Positions 9,319 through 18,715 of a DNA stretch of 64,000 nucleotides are shown here, piece after piece (position 1 is the stretch's first letter; each line of letters begins with the position of its first letter). Both the position numbers and the translations under genes were made by a program. This DNA is from Cyanidioschyzon merolae (Eukaryota), in NCBI GenBank assembly GCA_000091205.1, contig AP006495.2. One strand, given 5' to 3'. Under the pieces are notes generated by a model that saw only the letters and a program-made list of their open reading frames with translations, had not been told where the DNA came from and searched no databases.

Positions 9319-11512
9319 TTAGACAAAACGTCTCCAACCGACGTGCAGACGCCTCCACGTCTTTCTCGGCCGGCCACCGAATACTGCTTCCAACTTTTTC
9401 TCACATAATACCACCTTGAGAGGTTGTTCAACAAAATTCCCTCTTGTGAAGTCTGGAGGCCTTGTCTCCAGCACCGCACATCTCCTTGTATTGATAGCGG
9501 CGTTAGAGTCTCTGTTCACAAACTCCATACATTTCTTTCCATCACTGGTTGTACTTACTAACGCAAGCAATCCACGAACTTTCGCTCCCCTTTCCACTTG
9601 CTGTTCCGTCAGCGCACCGTACTTTTTTCTATCCTCAGGGCTCCGCTGACGCTTTTCCATATCGACCCTCTGGAGTGTATAGGACGTTCGGGACTCATCT
9701 ACAGGTATCGTAACGAAACGCCGTGCACACTTCTTGTACGTTCTTGTCGTTGGAGCTGGTGTACACCCTTTTCGGGTCTTCCAGCGTCCTGCTCCATATG
9801 CTACTGCGGGCCTCTAACTCTCATTCTCCTTGAGGGTGCTCAATTGATTGAAAAAGTTGGCGAATGCACGCTGCTTACTACAGTATAGATTCATTCGCAG
9901 ACGAGCCCAGCGGGGCTTTGTATACTCCTCCCACAGCGCCTCCCAATGAGCAACACGAACTTTCACGAATTTCCGAAAAGCTTGAAAGTCTGCTCCGCGG
10001 CTCGTCACCTCGCCCAAAGCTTCTGGGTGATCCTTCATTCCTGCGTTCCACGTGTCAATTTTCTTCCTTGCATTCATGATTCCCGATTCTCAATAGTACC
10101 TTGCTCTCGGGAATCTCAACAGAAGCATATCTTTCTGAAGCAAGTTACCGTCAGTACCATCTTCCGCACGTTTGGGTTTTGCGATAGTTATGATATTTGT
10201 GTTTCAGGGTCCGCGCCAACGATAAAGTCGTTATCCTGCACTTTCTGCAACGCAGGTTCCGCCTCCTCCTTCTCTTCATCCTTCGTCACGTCAACGACAA
10301 GGTCGTTATCCTGCACTTTCTGCGTCGCAGGATCCTCCTCCTTCTCATCTTCATCCTTCGTCACGGGCGATGCCAAAGGCGAACCAGTACGATCTTTCTT
10401 CAACCGCCGATAGTGTACATACACGGCTACTCCATCGGTTTCGATCAACCCAGTGAATACCTTTTTTCTGCTCACTCTCAGACGTTTGGAATCGAAGATA
10501 TTCTTCCAGTGGGTCTCCCGGTTTTCGCCAGTGAAGTCCTCCCTGCTGACATTGACCTCCGGACTGATCTCCCTCATGATGCCGAAAAGGACTCTGGAGT
10601 CGATACTCACAAAAAATGTGAATTGATGGTGCACATTGGAACCACGTTGAAGCGCTTCCCCATTAGGAAAGCCTTCCGTCTCTCCCATTCTTCATTTTTT
10701 TCCTCACTCAGCTTCATCTCCGGTTTGACTTCGAGCTTTCGGTCCAGAAACACGAAACAGCGCAGGACGAGGCGATTGTATCTTTCCTTATCTTTTTTCA
10801 ACTCTGTGATCTTGTCTGTTGGATTCGCCAACCCCAGTACCGCACGGTGCTCTCGTATAGCCGCACGGATCGCAGCAGCTTTATTCGTGCTCCTGCGTAA
10901 CGCCTTCTTGTCGACAAATTCGACCTCATCTTCATGCTTGCGATCGTTCGTGATGCCATTGATAATCGCCCATATTCCTTTGCGAGAGATGCCCGGGTAC
11001 AGCGCAAACACGGCGCGTCTCATGAAACGTTCGAGGTTCATTGTCAAATGGTTCTTCAGGTTCGTGATGTACATCATCGCTCCGTGTATGTAAATATTCG
11101 AGTCACCCTTGCATCGAGTACCCTCGAAGCGGAATTCCGTGAGGTTTTCGTGGAGGGTATGCACTAGCACATTTTCGCTCCGCGCTTCCCCTGTACCAAA
11201 GATGAGGTGACAAACAAAGGTCTTCTCGAGGATCTCGTCTGGAATCTCGACTGTTTTGATGTCCGTCACGTCGCGATACATCTCCGTCGCCATATGCATT
11301 AGTCCTGACGACGTCTTTAGAATAGTCTTGGAGTACGAATCGACACGGTTTCTGATGGCGTCTCCCAACTTTTCCTTGTTCGGATCCTTGATATGTTTAA
11401 AAAGAGCGGCTTCCACCACCATCTCGCCGTACTGGCGTCTTTCTTGCGGTCGTTGACGTCGGGCACCCTGCATTTGCTTCTTGGTCGTCTCCTGGTCCTC
11501 TTTGCTCGGCAC
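9319..11512 (-). pseudogene. TnpB/Fanzor-like (RuvC-nuclease, OMEGA-family) gene, near full-length (~730 codons) but disrupted by at least 2 frameshifts and 1 in-frame TAG; copy A of a dispersed repeat family
   Basis: Four consecutive same-strand ORFs cover the region: 10607..11512 (301 aa, K/R-rich N-terminus), 10188..10688 (166 aa, 82-nt overlap in another frame, contains '[13 protein letters not shown]'), 9814..10077 (87 aa), and, after TAG at 9814-9816, an open frame 9319..9813. The 87-aa segment contains 'KKIDTWNAGM', which I align to the TnpB RuvC-II region (ISDra2 'IEDLNVKGM' as I recall it). It also contains 'HWEALWEEYTKPRWA', which I align to the conserved 'SWSEF..LEYKAEWYG' block. 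The downstream part has 'FVTIPVDESRTS' (compare 'VVKIDRFFPSSQTC', with the Zn-finger cysteines mostly lost) and 'KKCMEFVNRDSNAAINTRRC' (the RuvC-III 'DRDxNAAxNI' signature) about 45 aa from the C-terminus. Domain order matches TnpB/Fanzor. Confidence 0.5.
10222..10370. repeat. Tandem repeat, ~75 bp x2, inside the TnpB-like copy A (encodes acidic 25-aa repeats on the minus strand)
   Basis: 'gataaagtcgttatcctgcactttctgcaacgcagg...' is followed by 'gacaaggtcgttatcctgcactttctgcgtcgcagg...'. Confidence 0.8.
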
Positions 11513-12688
11513 TGTTTTTTATCCGCCAGCCGGCGACACTGTGCGTCCGTGGTCCTCCACTTGCATTTCTATGCTTTTATATTTTTGAAAACGGACCCGC
11601 TTCGAACACTTCTGGTATATACACCGAAAAATCACTTGAATATACTTGCTTCAGGCTTGAAATACTATTGGACAGAGATTTATACTTTGCTACGACTTCG
11701 ACGCAAATACATCTTGCCCGATACAGCAACAGTTCAACTAGTGGTCAGGATCGTGTTTCCCTTCAACGTCGAGATGCATGCCGTACCCCATGCATGCTAG
11801 ATATGGAGGTACACGTATCGACAACGCTATAGGAGAAAAAGAAAAGAACGAACCGCTAGCTAGCAACCAGATGACAATTTCTTCCCCCCTATGCTAAACC
11901 TAAAAGGCGGCAAAAAGTTTTCCGTATTTTCGAAAGCTTACCTTCTAGGCAGAAGGTCACGCGTGCCAGCCGGATCTGCTTCGCTAGCGCGTCATGCTCT
12001 TCCCAGTGGTGGGTGCTGAGGCGCGACTTGGGCAACTCGCCCGCAACGCGGTTTACTCTGCCACTCGGAGCGAGTATGCTGTGTCTGGCCGTCGCACTGG
12101 GAGCAATAGTGCCCTAATATATCGCTTCGCGCTTTAATGGGAAGTATGTCTGTCTGCGCGGTTTGCAGGCTCCCGGAATGATAATTTATCCTGATTCCGC
12201 CTCGGATGAACGGTGCCTCGAGGTGGCGCCCCCAGTGGTATAGCAAAGCCTTTCTGTCTCTATGATGCATCTGCACCAGCGGTATACGCGTTACGGCTGG
12301 TGCTCTCTACAGGTTCGACGCACAATGGATTGTAGAAAACGATCAGTACGCCCGAGAAGGAGTCCAGGTTATGGAACCTGGAAGTAAGGGGATCGATGGA
12401 TGCTCCACCGCGCGCTTATACCAGGCGCACAGTCGGGGAACACAGCCCAGAGTCACGGAGCTGTCAATTAGAACAAGGCATCGAACGCGGCCGGCGGCGG
12501 TTGGGCGCGCTCGAAATGCATTTGCATCAACTAGCATGAATGGGGAACGTACGTTTGCCCGTGAAAATCTCGTTACTGGGATAGGATGCTGGTGATCTCG
12601 TAGAGTGCCTTGGAATCCACAAGTGAAATGCTGCGTTATTCACAAAAAAACTATTGTCGTTCTGTTTAGTTTGAGTCTGTGAGCTGGA

Positions 12689-14047
12689 ATGGACGCCCAA
12701 AAGGTGACCGCGTCGGCGCCGTACGCCTCTCGGCTTGATCCGCGCACAGCAGGCGTCTCTTTTCCGGAACAAGGCGATGTACAGAGCCCTGCAGAGAACG
12801 AGGGCTCCGCGGTATGCCCACCGCGCCAGACCTCGCTCGGTACGAAGAGCCTGGGAGCGAATATCTTGTTTGGCGGCTTGGCCGGTGTAACTGGTACCAC
12901 GATAATTTTTCCGCTGTACACACTGAAGACCCACTTGATGACTGATACGGGCTCGCGCGAGTGCAGAGGATCATCGGAGTCTGCGGCTGTTTATAACACA
13001 GCGAGCAAAGCAGAGCCCGTTAGGGGTAACGCGGTCTCAACCGGGACCGCGAATCCAACCAGCAGTACAGGACCCGCCCTGGCTACCGAAGCGGCCAAGC
13101 ATACATCAACGTTAGCCGTTAAGGATACGGCTTGTACAGATAGCCATGCTAAGTTACCAACAGTGGAAGCTGCTGCCCCGGCCAGATCATCCAAAGTCGC
13201 ATCGAACGGGTCCAGAGGCCCAGCTGCCGCTTCGCAAAGCACGCTCGCGTCGACTCCGCGGACGAATGCCTTGAAAGCTGCCTCGCTTTTGAAGCGACGA
13301 CCGCGGCTGGTCGAAACGCTCCAGCAGATTCTTCGCTCTCAGGGAGTACGCGGCCTCTACCGTGGCCTGACGCCGGTACTCATTGGGGTCGCGCCTGAGA
13401 AGGCGATCAAACTTGCCGCGAATGATTTTTTCGTGAGCGAGTTTAAGGAGCGGTCACCGAATCCGCATGGACCCCTATCTGTGAAGCAAGGCATGCTGGC
13501 CGGTGCAGGTGCCGGTCTGTGTCAAGTGATAGCGACCAATCCCATGGAAGTGTTGATGATTACGATGCAGACTCGTGCGGCGCATGGCCATCCGCAACAC
13601 AGCGTCACGGATACGATTCGTATGCTGGGTTTGCGCGGTCTCTACCGTGGGGTCAGCGCCACACTCACAAGAGATATCCCTTTTAGTATGGTCTTTTTCG
13701 GAATGAATACTAGTTTGAAGGAGCGACTTTCACTGCATTACCAAGGGGGTCTGCCGATGCGGATTGTTTTCGGCGTAGGGATCCTGTCAGGTGTGACGGC
13801 AGCTGCGCTCAGCACGCCATTTGATGTTGTGAAAACTCGGATACAGAGCGGCGTTCGGGACAGACATGGTAGATCGTATCATTCGGTAGTGAACACGCTC
13901 GTACGGGTGGTTCGAGAGGAGGGTTTTCGGGCTCTCTGGAGTGGCGCTGTTCCGCGCGTCATGATTGTTGGCCCTTTGTTTGGGATTACGCTACTTTTTT
14001 ATGAACTTCAGCAGAGATTGGCACAGTCGGCACATCAGCGAACTTGA
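12689..14047 (+). CDS. Mitochondrial carrier family (SLC25) protein with ~140-aa low-complexity insertion in the first repeat
   Basis: Three Mito_carr repeats are recognisable: 'LFGGLAGVTGTTIIFPLYTLKTHLM', 'GVRGLYRGLTPVLIGVAPEKAIKLAANDFF', 'GMLAGAGAGLCQVIATNPMEVLMITMQ', 'GLRGLYRGVSATLTRDIPFSMVFFGMN', 'GVGILSGVTAAALSTPFDVVKTRIQ', 'GFRALWSGAVPRVMIVGPLFGITLLFYE'. Confidence 0.85.
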   Translation: MDAQKVTASAPYASRLDPRTAGVSFPEQGDVQSPAENEGSAVCPPRQTSLGTKSLGANILFGGLAGVTGTTIIFPLYTLKTHLMTDTGSRECRGSSESAAVYNTASKAEPVRGNAVSTGTANPTSSTGPALATEAAKHTSTLAVKDTACTDSHAKLPTVEAAAPARSSKVASNGSRGPAAASQSTLASTPRTNALKAASLLKRRPRLVETLQQILRSQGVRGLYRGLTPVLIGVAPEKAIKLAANDFFVSEFKERSPNPHGPLSVKQGMLAGAGAGLCQVIATNPMEVLMITMQTRAAHGHPQHSVTDTIRMLGLRGLYRGVSATLTRDIPFSMVFFGMNTSLKERLSLHYQGGLPMRIVFGVGILSGVTAAALSTPFDVVKTRIQSGVRDRHGRSYHSVVNTLVRVVREEGFRALWSGAVPRVMIVGPLFGITLLFYELQQRLAQSAHQRT

Positions 14048-14327
14048 ATACTCGTGCTCGGCACTCGTGAATGACACGCAGCTGTCCACCGTTGCCGGCA
14101 TGCAGACGATGCATTGATGACGAGGCTGCTGGTACAGCGAGCCATTGCTGTGCGGACTGGATGCAATTCGCATTGCTGTCACAACGGTGGCGCATGCGTG
14201 ACGCCTACGTGTCCATAGCAATGCGTGCTGGTGCATGGACCCGTGCCACGCACGCACTCGATCTGTGCGTGCACATGCGACGTACTGCAGCGCAAGACTT
14301 GCTGAGCGATCATTCGCGCTGCCCGAT

Positions 14328-14355
14328 GCACTGCACTGCACTGCACTGCACTGCA
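14328..14355. repeat. Microsatellite (gcact)n x5
   Basis: 'gcactgcactgcactgcactgcactgca'. Confidence 0.9.
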
Positions 14356-14981
14356 TGATGCATTCGCGTTTGGCGCGGGACCAGCATCGACTGGTGCTTC
14401 ACATGACGCACGTGTCCATTCAACAGCGTAGACGCGTTGCTGCTGTTACGACTGCTTCTGCAGAGCCGTCGGGGTTATGGATCGCTCGCTGGCGGCGTCG
14501 CCGGAAGCAGCGCGCTGCGATCGCCGGGCGATACACGGCGCCAGCCGCGTGCACGTTGATAATCAGCCTATTGCTGTCGCTATGCGATGGAAAAGGGTGT
14601 GGTGCTGTACCCCGCGAACCCACATGAAACGCATGTAAAGAGAGCGTGCTGCATCCAGAAGCACACTGCCGCTGCTCCATCCAAGACGCAAGCACCGAAC
14701 ATGTACGGGATACAGGCATCTGTTTCTTTCATCATAGTTTACATCAGTCTGTACAGAATTCTGAATGGATTCGCGATCGACGCTTGCATACCGTGGCCTG
14801 CGCAAATGCAGACGTTCGTCAGTAGCGCAGATTCTGCAGAGGTAAACGTTTCAGCAAATCGCCGCGGGTGTTGGCAGCTGCGGCTTCTTGAATGCCGCTG
14901 TCGGCACAGGCGCGCCACCAGCCGCGATGACGCGCCTCGCTTTCGATACATAGACAATGGTGTGTCCACGGTGGCGGCCGG

Positions 14982-16109
14982 CTATTCGCTTTGCTGCAGC
15001 GAGGTTGGCTCGGTCTGGCCCTCCGTTGATGGCGTTGTTGCGGCCTGCGTGCCGGACGACACGACCCTGCACGACGGCAACGCAGGCTGTTGACCACGAG
15101 TCGCTTGGTGCTGTCGTCTCGCTGCCCATCCAAGGCGCACTGCATGACCCAGTAGGAGTAGGCACACTGTGCCGCTCAGCGCCGTGTATGCAGATACACC
15201 ATGCGCACTCGAGACCGCCATGCTCGCCTCTAGACCCGCGAGTGCGCTGAGCCAGCCATAGAAAAATACCCAGTAGGGAGAGAGGGCTTGCTCCTCCTCG
15301 AGACGCCATGCACTGCCCTGCTGCAATGCCTGCCGACTCGGAAGCGCTGCGCCAGCGCTCTCATCAAACCATACAAGTGACGTGCGTTCGGCGTGTTTGG
15401 GAGCCGCACCTGACCGGGGCACTGGTGTATGCGGTGATCCGCGCAGCAAAGACTCGATCTCGTCCTGTGTCTGACGGAGGACGCGAGCGCGCTCTTGCGC
15501 GGCTTCCAGGCGCTCCTCGACCTGTGCCCACGAGGGTGCTAGCTCGTTAGCGCGCCGATCCATCTCTTCCGTCCGCAAGGTCAGCCGCTCTCGATAGCTG
15601 TCGAAAAGCAGCTGCAGCTTCTCGCGGAGTTTCACGAGCTCGACAGCCACCAGTAAGTCGATCCGATCGATCGCCCGTTGCCGAGCAAGCTCCACCCTCA
15701 GCTGACCCTCGAGCGACTCCTGCAGTCTTCGGTGTATCTCTGAGAGCAGACGCTCCGCTAAGGCTTCGGTCGACGCAGACACCTGCACGTCCACGTCGTC
15801 GTCGCTGCGAGGTACCCGTTCTGCGTCCTCGGAGCCAGGACTGGGTTCTGAAACCGCCTGAACCACTGCTGGTGCGACGGACGCACTACGGGAGGTGTAC
15901 GGACGCCATCGCCGCCACCGCTTCCGCGGCAGCAGCGCAGCAGACTCGCACCCAGACTTTTGGACAGCGCAACGACGTCCGCTGCGTCCGTACGCGGGGC
16001 TGGGACGCACCACCCGCGTCACGAAACTGGGCACTGTTCGGGTCGGGCCACCAACGTGGTTGTTTCCATTCAGTACTGACCAACATAGTGAGTTCGGTTC
16101 CGGGTCCAT
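14982..16109 (-). CDS. Hypothetical coiled-coil protein with C-terminal transmembrane segments
   Basis: 375-aa ORF. The central region has heptad-like character ('LRVELARQRAIDRIDLLVAVELVKLREKLQLLFDSYRERLTLRTEEMDRRANEL', 'EERLEAAQERARVLRQTQDEIESL'). The C-terminus has hydrophobic stretches 'YWVFFYGWLSALAGL' and 'GTVCLLLLGHAV'. I recognise no named family, and the region is GC-rich with many overlapping ORFs. Confidence 0.3.
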   Translation of the reverse strand: MDPEPNSLCWSVLNGNNHVGGPTRTVPSFVTRVVRPSPAYGRSGRRCAVQKSGCESAALLPRKRWRRWRPYTSRSASVAPAVVQAVSEPSPGSEDAERVPRSDDDVDVQVSASTEALAERLLSEIHRRLQESLEGQLRVELARQRAIDRIDLLVAVELVKLREKLQLLFDSYRERLTLRTEEMDRRANELAPSWAQVEERLEAAQERARVLRQTQDEIESLLRGSPHTPVPRSGAAPKHAERTSLVWFDESAGAALPSRQALQQGSAWRLEEEQALSPYWVFFYGWLSALAGLEASMAVSSAHGVSAYTALSGTVCLLLLGHAVRLGWAARRQHQATRGQQPALPSCRVVSSGTQAATTPSTEGQTEPTSLQQSE

Positions 16110-16875
16110 AAAGTCGTATCAGCGTTCGCCGGATAACGCACGAACGCGTTCAAAGCACCGCTTTCGAAGCGGAATGTAGTCAGGCGCGTTTAAAGAGCCG
16201 CAGCACGCAGCGAGATTGCCGCGTTGTCCAACGTGTGTCGCTGCGACAGCGCGCCAGAAATTCCTGTACAATTGCGATGCACGTGCTGCTGCTGCTGCTG
16301 GAGGGCAGCGCTTGACGCTCCAGCAGGCTGGCGATATGCAGCACGCTCGGACGACGTCGTGGTGAATACTATCCCGAAGGTATCCGTGGTGCAGGCTGCA
16401 ACATGCGGTTTGTGGTGTTGCATGGCAGTGGATTGCCGACCTTGCTCCCGTCGGGGTATCGGTGCATACTCCGGTGTCCATCACGCGATGCCGACAGCAC
16501 GTGATGCATCACGCCAGAGCCGGGAAACGGAAACCTGTGTTTCTGCGCTTGTGCGACTCGGGTATTGCTGGGCATAACATCTGCTGGGATGCCTGCTGAG
16601 CACCGATGCGGCCTGTTCGCCCTAGCGTCGCAAAGCCTAGTATCCGCAACAAATGGCAGCGTCTCTTGCCAAGTAGACCTGTTCGGGAAAACAGAAAAGG
16701 CGTCAGACGTATTCGCTGTGGATGCGTGTGGGCTTACGTACCCGTTTAGGGAACGCAACACCTCACAGGAGAATGTTATGAGCAAGCTTTCACGGATTTG
16801 AAAGCGATCGCTTGCAGTCAACATCTTCGATCAGCGGGCATCGGTGGAAGCCACACTGGAGGCATCATTCTATGA

Positions 16876-17163
16876 GCGAAAAGCATCACAGGCGCTTCCA
16901 GCAACCGCAGGCTATCCATAGGCTAGATCAGCGTCCATGCGAGCATGCCGTGTCACGAAATACCGTCACGAGTAATCAGCTGCACAAGGTATCGATGCTT
17001 CATCCGTAGACAATACAGAATGCGAAAAGCATCACAGGCGCTTCCAGCAACCACAGGCTATCCATAGGCTAGATCAGCGTCCATGCGAGCATGCCGTGTC
17101 ACGAAATACCGTCACGAGTAATCAGCTGCACAAGGTATCGATGCTTCATCCGTAGACGATAAA
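16876..17163. repeat. Tandem duplication, ~149 bp x2, intergenic
   Basis: 'gcgaaaagcatcacaggcgcttccagcaacc[g/a]caggctatccataggctagatcagcgtccatgcgagcatgccgtgtcacgaaataccgtcacgagtaatcagctgcacaaggtatcgatgcttcatccgtagac' occurs twice, nearly identical. Confidence 0.9.
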
Positions 17164-17437
17164 AAATGTATCACCAATGGCGGCCGATGCACTTTGCAGC
17201 AGAGGCCGCTGGACGGGAATGGCGACGCGCCCGGCCCCGCGAATCGTCGTAATTCGAACACGTGTTAGAGGCCTGGCAGCACCGATGCAACGCAACACAC
17301 TACGAGCTTTGCATGAACCGCAACTGGAACGTTGGGTGAGCTAGGTGCCCGCGACTCGACGCGACGCTGCCAGACGGTAGCTGGGTCGCACCGGCTGATG
17401 CAGGAGGCAGCGCAGCGTTGTACCTTTAAGCACCGCT

Positions 17438-18715
17438 ATGGGCAGTGGTGAAGGCACTACAGGGCGGGCGAATGTTATCTACAACTTTGCGATAGGCTCC
17501 AATGTGAACACGGAACGCCTTCGTACGCGAGCGCGCTGGCTTGGTGATCAAGCCGAAATCAAGTTCCTCAGTGCTGAGCCGGCGGTACTTCGCGGCTACC
17601 GCATCGTGTTCAACACGCCGGGGTTTCCCCCCGCAGAAGCAGCGTTCTGCTCCGTGCGAGCTTGTGAGTGTGGCGGCGGTAGGCGCTGCCCGAGCGAGGT
17701 GCACGGCGTGCTCTATGCATTCGACCGTGCTTCGTACGAGTTGCTTTGGGTGACTGAAGGAGGCCTTGGCGGGCGCGAGTACGGCTCCAGTTACGTGGAG
17801 CGGCGCGTGCACGTGGAGACCTACAGGCGTCCGGGGGTGCTCCACGAGGCGATCATCTTCGAGACACGGCCCAGTCGAACAGTGGAGACCTGGTATCGAC
17901 GCTGGCTACGACGTGACGTTTATCGACGACGCTGGCTCGCGAGCGAGTTCCGCTGCATTGCGACGAGTGCTATGGGTGCACTCGAACAAGAACTCGCTGC
18001 GCAACGCGTGGCGAATGCCGCGGATCAAGTTGCGTCCACTTCATGGTTGCCGAAAAACGGCAGTGCTGCGCTCCCGCTGTGGTATACGCAGCATGCGCAT
18101 GTGCTGGAGGTGACCCAGGCGTTGCCACAGGATCATTCCGATCGAATAGCACTGGAGATGGAACGAGTGCTCATTCGACCGTCCATGCGATACCTGGGTC
18201 TTATTCGGGACGGCGCTTTGCAGTCCGGACTCGATGCAGACTACAGGCGGTTGCTTGAAACCTATATGGTGCACTGGCGGGTGTCGTGTCCATGTGCAGC
18301 GCGACCGCAGCCACTCCAGGGGTGGCTTACGGTGTCTGTGAACATGTCGACGCCGGGGTTCTTCCGGTGGCTGTGGTGGGCGCACCTCACCGGTCGCAAG
18401 CGCGTTCTACGCTTTCTGTACCAGCTCTGGAATCGCTGGTTTCTACGGGTTCTCAGTTTCTTTGCGATGGAGCGCGAGTTACATGCGATGCGGCTGGCGC
18501 AGCGAACGCACGCCTGTATAGGGAAACCGCAAGTGCTTCTCCACTGGGTAGCGGTGTACTTTTGCAGTGTGATAATTTTGATATGGACGCTGCCGATTGC
18601 GCTCGCTGGGCTGCTTTATGGAAAGGGCAACTTCTTTCATGTGCGACCATCGACGCCGGCGCTTGTTCCAGGGAATGCTGCACCCGCAGCGCGGTCTGCG
18701 AATGTACACGCATAG
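17438..18715 (+). CDS. Gamma-glutamyl cyclotransferase-like (GGCT/AIG2-like) domain protein with C-terminal extension containing a transmembrane segment
   Basis: The N-terminal 'VIYNFAIGSNVNTERLRTRA...GYRIVFN...VHGVLYAFDRASYELLWVTEGG' fits the GGCT/AIG2 fold signature (human GGCT 'FLYFAYGSNLLTERIHLRN...VWGVVWKM'). The C-terminal half is unassigned, with a hydrophobic helix 'VAVYFCSVIILIWTLPIALAGLLYG'. Confidence 0.7.
   Translation: MGSGEGTTGRANVIYNFAIGSNVNTERLRTRARWLGDQAEIKFLSAEPAVLRGYRIVFNTPGFPPAEAAFCSVRACECGGGRRCPSEVHGVLYAFDRASYELLWVTEGGLGGREYGSSYVERRVHVETYRRPGVLHEAIIFETRPSRTVETWYRRWLRRDVYRRRWLASEFRCIATSAMGALEQELAAQRVANAADQVASTSWLPKNGSAALPLWYTQHAHVLEVTQALPQDHSDRIALEMERVLIRPSMRYLGLIRDGALQSGLDADYRRLLETYMVHWRVSCPCAARPQPLQGWLTVSVNMSTPGFFRWLWWAHLTGRKRVLRFLYQLWNRWFLRVLSFFAMERELHAMRLAQRTHACIGKPQVLLHWVAVYFCSVIILIWTLPIALAGLLYGKGNFFHVRPSTPALVPGNAAPAARSANVHA

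Noticed and set aside
10197-11093. 298-aa plus-strand ORF antisense to the TnpB-like 301-aa ORF
   Set aside because: Low-complexity, Ser/Phe/Leu-rich translation typical of an antisense frame. The minus-strand frame carries the recognisable motifs and protein-like composition.
14047-15300. Cluster of mutually overlapping 70-170-aa ORFs on both strands
   Set aside because: GC-rich sequence gives long stop-free stretches in many frames. None has domain-like motifs. Only the 375-aa coiled-coil ORF was kept, at low confidence.
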